Assembly: GCA_965178125.1 (NCBI GenBank) | Contig: CBCXTV010000001.1 | Span: 248,001-312,000, forward strand | Direction of reading: 5' to 3' | DNA from: Bilabrum cf. latius | Taxonomy: Eukaryota | DNA: 64,000 bases | Shown here: positions 1 through 9,155 of the stretch, piece after piece | Layout: each line of letters opens with the position of its first letter | Position numbering within the stretch: the first letter of the stretch is position 1 | Notes under the pieces: generated by a model | Told to the model about the DNA's origin: nothing | The model's input: only the letters and a program-made list of their open reading frames with translations | The model's database searches: none | Made by a program: the position numbers and the translations under genes

Positions 1-184
1 GGAGGTCACCACATGAGCATGTCGGCCGGCAGCTCGCAAACCCCACCTGCGTCTATAACTGCGAACGCCTCCTTGACCTGCGGACCTACCCAGCGCACTG
101 AGCAGACAACGCATTTGTGGTCCCCCTCCACGTCGGCATGGGCTTGAAGTGGTACCTCAGGAGGATTTCACTTGCGCCGGCCCC

Positions 185-1085
185 CAGGATTTCGCCAAAA
201 ATGGCCGATCCGCACAAGGAATTTAAGTTGCGGCGACACAGCTCGGACCCTGGCTTTTTTTTGGCTGTTTCGGGGCCCCAAGAGGGCTCCCGGCCCCAAA
301 AAGGGCAAAACGCGAGGTTGTGGTGGAAAAAATGGGCCCCAAGGAGTCTCCAAACGACGCAAAACGCCACGTTGTGGTGGATTTTAGAGCCCCTAAATCG
401 CCCAAAAAAGACGCAAAACGCCACGTGGTGGTGGATTTTAGAGCCCCTAAATCGCCAAAAAAGACGCAAAACGCCACGTTGTAGTGGATTTTAGAGCCCC
501 TAAATCGCCCAAAAAAGACGCAAAACGCCACGTTGTGGTGTTTTTTTTGAGCGTTTTCGGGGGGCTCGGAAGGGGACCCCCCCAGGATTTGGCCAAAAAT
601 GGCCGATCCACACAAGGACTTTAAGTTGCGGCGACACAGTTCGGGCCCCGGTTTGTTTTTGCGGTTTGGGGGCCCCGAGAGGGCTCCCGGCCCCAAAAAG
701 GGCAAAACGCGAGGTTGTGGTGGAAAAATGGGCCCCAGGCAGCCCCAAACGACGCAAAACGCCACGTTGTGGTGGATTTTAGAGCCCTAAATCGCCCAAA
801 AAAGACGCAAAACGCCACGTTGTCGTGGATTTTAGAGCCCTAAATCGCCCCAAAGAGACGCAAAACGCCACGTTGTAGTGGATTTTAGAGCCCCTAAACC
901 GCCCTAAAAAGACGCCAAACGCCACGTTGTGGTGTTTTTTTTGAGCGTTTTGGGGGGCCCGGAAGGGGACCCCCCCAGGATTTGGCCCAAAATGGCCGAT
1001 CCACACAAGGAATTTAAGTTGCGGCGACACAGTTCGGGCCCCGGGGTTTGTTTTGCTGTTTGGGGGCCCCAAGAGGGCTCCCGGG
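185..1085. repeat. Nested tandem repeat: 53-54 bp monomers inside ~395-bp higher-order units
   Basis: GACGCAAAACGCCACGTTGTGGTGGATTTTAGAGCCCCTAAATCGCCCAAAAAA starts at 356, 410, 463, 517 and again from 751; block CAGGATTT..AAAATGGCCGATCC.CACAAGGA at 185, 583, 976. Confidence 0.95.
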
Positions 1086-4074
1086 AGGCCCTAGAGTGGC
1101 CCTTCTCCGCTTCAATTCCTGTCCCAAATCCGATTCCCATTTCGAGACCGAAAAAGGTGACCCGGAAAACGACGGTACTCTCCGTCACTCCATCTGGCGG
1201 CGAAAATTGCCTCAGTTTCCGGTCCCCGATTCTGGGCCCAGGGACCCCCGAAATTCCCGATTCCGCGCAGTGCCGAAAGCTCGACATAAACCACAAACAC
1301 GACACACAACACAACACGATAGCGCCTCCCCACGCGCGGGATTGGGTCCTTCCGCTCGCTGCATGTGAGCTGCAGTGTGTTCTTGCCGGGAATGTCACTG
1401 GAAGTCGCGCTGCAGTCTGCTCAGGGCGCCTTATGACCATGAAGGCGTCTCAGCACCCGCGACGGCAAGAGGGGGCACGCACGACGTTGCGAAGCACCCG
1501 CCCTGGGTGAAGAAACTGCGTATCCACAGGAGTCACGTTCAGGTGCGCGAGAATTGGAAAGGCGGGGTAACTGGTGCAGAGGAGCTTGTTCGCAGCGCGG
1601 CTTCCACCAGCGCCGCTGACGGTAAGATGCATCGGTCTCGGTACATGAGTCGGCACGGTGTTGCGTGATTGACTTCACGATGCGGGAGTGTGCAGCCTTC
1701 CGCAGCGGGAGAATTGTATCTCCCCACGACCGCCGAAAAAAAAAAGAAGGCTATGCTGGACTCGTTCCAGGGAAGGCTATGCGATGAGTATCTCTAGGCG
1801 CTTTCCGGAAGACCCACCCACTACACGCTGGTCAGCCCTCCCAAGCGGGAGTGAACCGCGGATCCGCGGGCCCGTGAGCGCTGCTGCTACGATCATTTCT
1901 GCCCGTTTGACTCTCGCCCACTCTTGCCGTGACCAAAGACGCGCAGATCCTTATGACGCATGACACCTCGTCGAGGTGTCGAGACTGCCTCACATTCCCG
2001 TTACAAAGACCCACAGCACTGCGACAACGAAATCGGTCACGAAGAGAGCAAGAGGCCGCGCACCTGAGCATCACAAAAACCCCGAGAGACATAAACAACA
2101 CCGTCCCGTGAAGTCCCTGCGACGAGGGGATGCTAAGCGGCTCCCACGGCGGCTCCTCTGCGGGAAAAGCTGCCGCAGACCTCGAGATGGGATGCACATG
2201 ACTGCGAAGATTGCGGAACTCGTCCGAAGCCGGTCGCACGAGGGTCACAGCGAATGGAGGCATATCTATGAAATAGAGTCTGCGTGCAAAGCAGCATTCC
2301 AACGATCGTCCGCATTCTTCCGAGCAAATCCTTGGGAGCACACATCCTGCGGACGACATCTCTTTTCTATCCACCCCAGCGTACTCCCCGCACACACTTC
2401 TCGCGAATGATTGAGAATTCTGTGCGGCACATGTAATATCAGGCTACCATGATACGCGGAATGGCGTGCTATTGCTCGCACGTTCGTGCGCCCCCTTCCG
2501 AATGCGCTTACCACATCACTATGTTCGTCGGCAACCGTATACACCGTAGGGGTCTTCCCTCCGACACCAAGCGTACACGACTGGCCGTAATAGCGCAGCG
2601 TAGATGTTTCGGACGTCGCCCAGGACAAGTGTCGACGCCCGGTTCGTCACGATCACTACGTGTGCACTTCACTCACCGCCCTCCAGCCGCTAGACTTCTT
2701 TTGGAGCGCGACATCCTACGACGCGCTATGACACGTAGCCGTAAACCGCAGACGGCCTCGCGTTCACTGCTTGCAGCGCAAGAGCGTGAACAAGAACCGC
2801 CCGCGTGGCACACCTTCGCAGGCGCGGAAGACAAAAAGTTCCTTCTAAGCTTGTATTCGGGTCCGAAAGCCAAATTCCACTTCGGGGTCGAGAAGGGCGA
2901 CCCGGGAAATCACCGTACGCTCTGTGAATCCATTTCCCGGGGAAAGTCCCCGAGTTCCCGCTACCCGGTCCCAGGCCCAGCGACCCAGGAAAGTTCCCGT
3001 CCCCCCGCATGCGGAAACCTCCCACGAAGCACGCCCACCTCACGCTTCACACGCAAAAGTCCAGGAGTCAAATCCATTCCGGACCCAGCAGTTCACCCCC
3101 CGTGACGATTGGGAAAGGCTCTTGCACACACCTTCTCGTCCGAGCAGTCTATGGAGCACACACCTGTCTTCGTTGCCTTTTCCGGCCAAAAATGCAGGGA
3201 GTTCGAAGGGGAAGTAGCAAGCGCGGAAGACCGCTTTCGAAACGCAGGTGCTCAGGGAAAAACAACCAGAGCGTCCCTGATCCTCGGCAGAGCCGTCCAG
3301 GAGGGACGGGCACGGACGGGCATCGCAGATCTTGCAGCGCCACCATTCGCCGGGATGGGCGACCGGACGAGGGCGACCACAAGTACGTAGCGTGCGACGT
3401 CCGTCAGTCGCCATGTTGCGCTGATTCGCTTTCGCGGCACGACTTCCAGGGCCGGCCTTACTCACTCCTCGGAGTCCGCGTGTGGATTCTCCCCTGCGCA
3501 TGATCTGCCGCTCTAGATGCTACACAAAGATCCCGCTCGGATGACCCCCTCTGTGCATTCTGCAAGATTTTACGCGCCTCCATTCAATGCGCGAAGCATG
3601 CACCGCAGCACTCTGAGTCCGGTGACCACCTTCAATAGCGTGGGACAAATTCCGTCCGCGATGTGCATTCGGGCATGCTCCCCTTTCCGAGTCTCTGTGA
3701 CCCGTAGTGCGTCCGCGGCCAACGACTCAGGACTCCACGATGGTACGCACGAGTTGCATTCCTTGCACGAAGCGTGCGGAGAGAAAGCGATGCTCAGACA
3801 TCGAGGCGCTTGGAGGGTCTGCACGCGACATGCTTCGAGAGGCCATGCAAACATGCGAAACCAGAACTGAGGTTCCTCATCGTTCCTGCTGTCGAGCGCT
3901 CAATTGGGGCATCGGATCAGGACGAAGCTCGCGAAGAGAGGGCGCGGGTGTCCCCATCCAAAAATCCGCCGCCTTCAAGGCTCATGTTCCCGGATCCTGC
4001 ATTCGCGAGTTTCGGGAGCAGAAGTGCAAGATCGCCGCTGGACACACAGCGCATGCCATTTCCCGTCTCTGGAG

Positions 4075-6636
4075 ATGTCGGGCTTCCAGGCGCAATTCGG
4101 ACACCATCGCCAGGACCTCGGGAAGATGACATGTCTGCTGATCTGCAGGGAAGAGTCCCGCTTCGAGGAGTGGCGACAAAAAAAAGGGGCGCGAGAACTC
4201 CACGAGCACATGGGAGCGGTCCTTCGGCTCCCCAATCCAGTGTTTCCGCAGACCGACAGGGACCCAGATGGACGCGACATCGTCAAAGACCAGGCCCTCT
4301 TGGATATCTTCTCCGGCAAGATAACGGACTGGAGCAAATACAATCCGGCCACTGTTGGGGCGATCCAATCCCATCGAAACGCATGGCTGTGGGCTGAGAA
4401 CCACACGCCGACGGAATGGCTCATGGTTGTCGAAGATGATATCGAACCTCGCGAAGCATGCGTGGATCGGCTACTCGTAGTTCTTCACGCCATCGCGAAA
4501 AACCCCAAGGTGACGCAGATGGCCATGTTAGCGGGGTCAGAAGCACCGAGAATGGTCACCCTCCAGCGCGACAACTCCACCTCCATCCACAATTGCGAGC
4601 GCCTCTTGGACGTGCGGACCTATCCGGCGCACTGGGTAGACAACACATTTGTGGTCCCCTACCACGTCGGCATGGGCCTAAAGTGGTATCTCATCAGCCC
4701 GGAGGGGAGGAAGGCGCTCCTGAAGATGCGGATCCCGAACCGAAGCTTCGAACGCTGCGTCTGGCGCCGCCTCTTCGACACGTTCCAAGGGCCGGTATGG
4801 AAGTGGGGAGATTGCCTCCGCATGACATCTGTGCTGGCAGCCAGCCCGGTCCTCGCATCGACTCCCGAGAGCATGGACACGGAGTGGGGGGGCTCGGGAC
4901 GACGAAGTGCGGATGCAGGGCACAGTATGAAACCGTACATAATGGTCGACCCGAGTGAGGACTGGACTCTTGGCGAGCGATTAAACACATTGTCCGTCGT
5001 GATGTCCGTGTGCGCGGCCCTGAGTTGGGGGGTTGTCCTCGTCTGGGAAAAAACAGAGCGCGTGCCCATCTCCTACGAAGACTTGTGCGGTGTTCACGAG
5101 CACGCCGGCGAAACCAACACGTTCGTCCACCTCCTCCAGGACAAACGCGGCGGGTCGTATTCGTACTTCCTGAGGTACGGAGACATCCGCATCCACGTGG
5201 TGCAGCCGATGATGTGCATCCCCACCCTCGACAGAATGCTCGACATGGTAGCCCTGAAGAGGCCCAAGATGAACACCCTGCCTCCCTTGAAATGGCAGAC
5301 CGCTCGATGGATCCAAGTCAAGCAGAAGTGGATCGATAAACTCCACACGGAGATGCCGGGGGCCGAGCTGCCCTCATGGCTGGAGTGGCCACCCTCAACC
5401 CACGCGCTTGTCCTCTGCGACGACAGGGACTTGGCGGCGCACTGCCTCGAGGGGAGATGCCAAAAGGAGCAGCAGGAGTGGATGAACGACGGGAAGGACA
5501 ACAGCATCCAGCACTACATCCTTGAGGCAAAGCAAGCGCTGCAGAACGAGTTGGAAGACATCCTAAAGGGGGACAGCAGCTCACGCCTCGTCGTGATCCG
5601 CATGACAACCAAACTGCTGGGACAGGTCTGGGTGGACATGATGAAGCACCTCACGAAGCAGTTCGGGAAGCGCATCATAACGCCAACGTTCCTCCTCCCG
5701 AAAATGATCCCCAAAAGGAGGCACGACGAAAAGAACCCGAGTGATGATTGGATTACTTGGGGAGCATCCTTGGCGAAAACCGTGGGCCTCCTCACGCTCA
5801 TACCTCCGATGCAAGTGCACTATCCCATCATGAGCTGGACCGTGGCCTGGAACCACTTCATGTTTAAGGGCAGGAGTGCCACGGACACCGTGATCCCAGA
5901 CGTCATCCGAACTCTGTACGCTCCGCACAAGAGCAACAGGAAGCAGCTCCTCAAGAACGGCCCGCTGTGCCAGACGAGGCGCGCCGTGCTGGACTCGCCC
6001 GCACTGCGGGACATTGCGAACAACTACTCAAGGGCCAAGGACAAGACCTATAACCTCTTGAGTTATTCCAAATGGTTTGCCGAAGAAGCCATGTGGCACA
6101 TGATCAAGTACGCGGAAAGCACGCAGTGCATCGTCGACCCGTTCGTGAGCCGCCAGTGCCAAAAGGTCTTCGAGCACATCCCCTCGGACGACATCGGCCA
6201 TGCGGACGCCCGGCTCCGGTACAACCTTCAGGATGCCGACGACCGAGGTTACCGCTTCAACGCGGGGCATCTCTACACCGCGGTGCAGGGCATCAAAACG
6301 GTGAACATCGCATACAACAAGTGGCTCACCGAGCAGGCACAGAGTCATTCCGAATGGAGCTGGGGCAAAACGTTCATCAAGCTTGTGATCAACCAGTGGC
6401 GGCAGCAGCAGGGCAGTGAGCCGTATGACGTGGACGAGGAGGACTACGTGAGCCTTCCGCGGACCTTCCACGGGAATTCGTTGAAGCTCGCGAGGAGCGT
6501 AAGCCTCCAGGACACGAGATCCTGCTCCAGATCGTCCTCATCCTATTCCAGGTCGCCCTCCACCAACAGGACTGAGGCACAGCCTTCGAAGAGAGCGCGC
6601 CTGACCCCGGCACCCGGCGTAAAGCACGAGCCCTGA
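4075..6636 (+). CDS. Large protein with GT25-like glycosyltransferase domain and possible second (fucosyltransferase-like) GT motif
   Basis: Open frame 3904-6636, first ATG 4075. AIQSHRNAW...WLMVVEDD and YLISPEGRKALL resemble GT25 motifs (SH..W, LILEDD, Y.IS..GA..LL); LGERLNTL...WGVVLVW resembles GLGNRL fucosyltransferase-type motif; C-terminal SRSP and PSKRARL. Diverged paralogous fragments in the window conserve the protein sequence. Confidence 0.65.
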   Translation: MSGFQAQFGHHRQDLGKMTCLLICREESRFEEWRQKKGARELHEHMGAVLRLPNPVFPQTDRDPDGRDIVKDQALLDIFSGKITDWSKYNPATVGAIQSHRNAWLWAENHTPTEWLMVVEDDIEPREACVDRLLVVLHAIAKNPKVTQMAMLAGSEAPRMVTLQRDNSTSIHNCERLLDVRTYPAHWVDNTFVVPYHVGMGLKWYLISPEGRKALLKMRIPNRSFERCVWRRLFDTFQGPVWKWGDCLRMTSVLAASPVLASTPESMDTEWGGSGRRSADAGHSMKPYIMVDPSEDWTLGERLNTLSVVMSVCAALSWGVVLVWEKTERVPISYEDLCGVHEHAGETNTFVHLLQDKRGGSYSYFLRYGDIRIHVVQPMMCIPTLDRMLDMVALKRPKMNTLPPLKWQTARWIQVKQKWIDKLHTEMPGAELPSWLEWPPSTHALVLCDDRDLAAHCLEGRCQKEQQEWMNDGKDNSIQHYILEAKQALQNELEDILKGDSSSRLVVIRMTTKLLGQVWVDMMKHLTKQFGKRIITPTFLLPKMIPKRRHDEKNPSDDWITWGASLAKTVGLLTLIPPMQVHYPIMSWTVAWNHFMFKGRSATDTVIPDVIRTLYAPHKSNRKQLLKNGPLCQTRRAVLDSPALRDIANNYSRAKDKTYNLLSYSKWFAEEAMWHMIKYAESTQCIVDPFVSRQCQKVFEHIPSDDIGHADARLRYNLQDADDRGYRFNAGHLYTAVQGIKTVNIAYNKWLTEQAQSHSEWSWGKTFIKLVINQWRQQQGSEPYDVDEEDYVSLPRTFHGNSLKLARSVSLQDTRSCSRSSSSYSRSPSTNRTEAQPSKRARLTPAPGVKHEP

Positions 6637-7510
6637 CGACGAAATGCCGCAGAACAGCGCGTTGCGGGGAGACAAAGCTCCGCGGGCAACAGCAGAAGGC
6701 CGCCGAGCGCCGGAGTTGGAGGGTCACATAGTTCCATCGGTCCCATTCTCTCCGGAAGTCGCATAGCACGTAGAGATCCGCATGCTCTCGGTGCATGAAC
6801 GCTGGCAGCACGCAGTGCCAAAGTCGCAAAGCGCTTCAGAGTCACAAGTCCAGAAGTTCTTCTGCCAATGTGTGTCCTCTTCCCGCTCATGTGTGCATCC
6901 TCGGAGGAAGTCTGGAGATGACAGGACCCAGCACGCACCACATCAGAAGTCCTTTTTTAAAGCGGCATCGTCAGACAAAAATCTGGAACGCCCTTCCGCA
7001 AAAAAGAGTGCTGCCCACAGAAAAAAGGGAAACACCTGAGGCCCCAGAAGCCAAAGGGAGGACCGCGAAGGACGCAGTTTCGAGGTCACACTTTCCGGGA
7101 CCAGTTTTGAGCCCAAAAAGGGGTACACAAGAGGAAAACACGATGCGGGAGGCTTGAAATTGTCACCGAAAACGGGCCCAAAATTGGGACCCCTTTTTCG
7201 CAAATTTCGCAGCATCCAGACGACCCAGAAAGGCTTTCCCAGGCGCCGCCTCGAAGCTCACCTTCTCGCATGCAACCATGACGCAGCCCCACCTCCTCAT
7301 GCAGACGCGTCTGAGAGACCCCGCAGTGGAACTTCTCCCATTCTGCGCAGGAAGCACTTCAGTCTACAAGGACCCGCGCACTTCTTACCGCACCACCTCC
7401 ATGTGAAAGCACTTCTCGCGGAGTTTTTTTCGGGCCCAGGAATACAGCAACTGCCAGAAGCTTCGCACAGAAAAGCAGCCCACTCAGGAAGCAAACTCAC
7501 TGCACACCCC

Positions 7511-7981
7511 ATGGCGAGCGACGCAGAACCGGAGGACGCAATGCGGCTCGACTCCCCTAGAGATGCGGATGCAGCGGCGCCACCCGAAGCGACGGAGGCA
7601 GGATCACAGAAACCAGATCATGCGCAGCAGTTCTTCGAGGAGCCCTGCCCGAAAGACGGACACATGGAAGCGCCAGAGAAGACCGCCAAGACGGACGAAC
7701 CTGGCGACACACCCATGTTCGTCGACAAGTGGACGGCAGCGATCACACGCCTTACCGAGGAGCGCAAGGCTCTCAAGCTCGAGCAGCGGGCTAAAACGAA
7801 GGCCATCCGCAAAACCATCCGGCAGAAAAGGCGCACCATGAAGAACGCCAAAAAACTCACAGACGACGAGCTCGCCCAAATCGTGCTAGACAGGAAGATC
7901 TTGCAGTTGGTGCAAAAAGAAGAGATCGCAGCACGCAGCTCCGCCAACTCCTCAACGAGCCAGGCGAAGTCGACCTTGTGA
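7511..7981 (+). CDS. Hypothetical protein, acidic N-terminus and basic coiled-coil C-terminus
   Basis: ATG 7511 within ORF 7154-7981; helical K/R-rich segment AAITRLTEERKALKLEQRAKTKAIRKTIRQKRRTMKNAKKLTDDELAQIV. Confidence 0.6.
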   Translation: MASDAEPEDAMRLDSPRDADAAAPPEATEAGSQKPDHAQQFFEEPCPKDGHMEAPEKTAKTDEPGDTPMFVDKWTAAITRLTEERKALKLEQRAKTKAIRKTIRQKRRTMKNAKKLTDDELAQIVLDRKILQLVQKEEIAARSSANSSTSQAKSTL

Positions 7982-8340
7982 GAAGCGCTTCCCGTGTTCA
8001 GAGAACCGAGGATTACAGATAGACCCCGCGTCACAGAAGCCATCGCAAGAGGGCAGAGCGTCAAGTACAGCGCAGTCTTGACGGACACAGATAGCCCGAG
8101 CAGCACAAAGCAGCGGATGCGGCTGCCCAGCGGAGTCGCGCACTCGGACAGCATACACGGGACGTGCTGGCAGAAATCACTCAGTCCGCGAGCACCGTCG
8201 TCAAGAGCACGGGAGGGGCAGACTCGACATGCACAACTTTGAAAAACGGGAGGGCACGAAAGGAAGACAAATTTGGCATTAATCCTTGATTACCCCCGCC
8301 CCCCCGTAGAATCAGAGCGAGGAGATATGCTCGGAAGGTC

Positions 8341-8651
8341 CGGGGGGCAGTCGCAGAAAAGTGCACGCGAAAATAAGAGGAAAGGAGACCCCCCAAACCC
8401 ACGTAGTGCGACCCTCGGGGGTACCCTCTAAGGTACTAAGAATCCTTCCCCCGAAAATCGCACTACATCGGTCCCTGGCGTCGGGGAAAGCGGAAAAAAG
8501 GGGAGCACTACCGTGAAAAAATCCTGCATTTTACAGGAAAATCGGAGCACTACGTGTCAAAAACTGGGGGTTTTTGAGGTTTTTTTTCCAGAAAAACGGC
8601 ATTTTTTTATGTAAAAACCGCGCGAAACGAGCACTACCGAGCACTACATCG
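8341..8651. promoter_or_regulatory. Candidate replication origin: inverted repeat plus GAGCACTAC iteron-like repeats upstream of Rep
   Basis: GTAGTGCGA (8403-8411) / TCGCACTAC (8458-8466); GAGCACTAC at 8503, 8545, 8629, 8639; A/T runs; no canonical CRESS nonanucleotide seen. Confidence 0.5.
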
Positions 8652-9155
8652 CCTCCTCCAGTCGTGTTTCGCATTTTTTTCGCTGGCCGAAAATGTCTCC
8701 GAAGGCGCTGCCTCGAGGGGGGGTTCCGATGGCTGATTTTGGGCGTTCTGTTGTCGATTTCGCGTGCATTTCAGGTTGTCGGCGAGGCCTTTTTGGCGTA
8801 TGTCGCAGTTCGGATGCCCTCGAACGTCGTGTCTCATGTGGTATTCGCCGGTTTCTATGTTGGAGAAGGCGGTCGGTCGATCATCCTCTCTGGCAGGCTC
8901 CGAAGTGCGTTTGTGATCGTGCTAATTGCAACGCCATGCTTTCCTTCGTTGGCTTCGAGAATCCTTCCCTCGGAAGCGGTAGTACCTCGCCCAGGGCGGC
9001 ACGAGCTGCAGACTCAGCTGCCTCGGTGCTCATGTGTGTCCCGTGTCAGCAGTTTCGGTGTTACGAACAGCAAGGATTCTGGGCATTGCGTGTCGGAGGC
9101 AAGTGTTCTATCTTGAGGCATTCCGCGATTCGTCGAAGGATTATTTGCGCAAATA

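Noticed and set aside
356-935. CRISPR-like array
   Set aside because: Monomers abut without unique spacers and no cas genes are recognisable; it is a tandem repeat.
86-3870. Many short overlapping ORFs
   Set aside because: Repeat-derived or GC-rich shadow frames with no recognisable motifs.
8412-8457. Canonical CRESS nonanucleotide
   Set aside because: No TAATATTAC/TAGTATTAC on either strand; TAAGGTAC shares only the TAC end, so no nick site is claimed.
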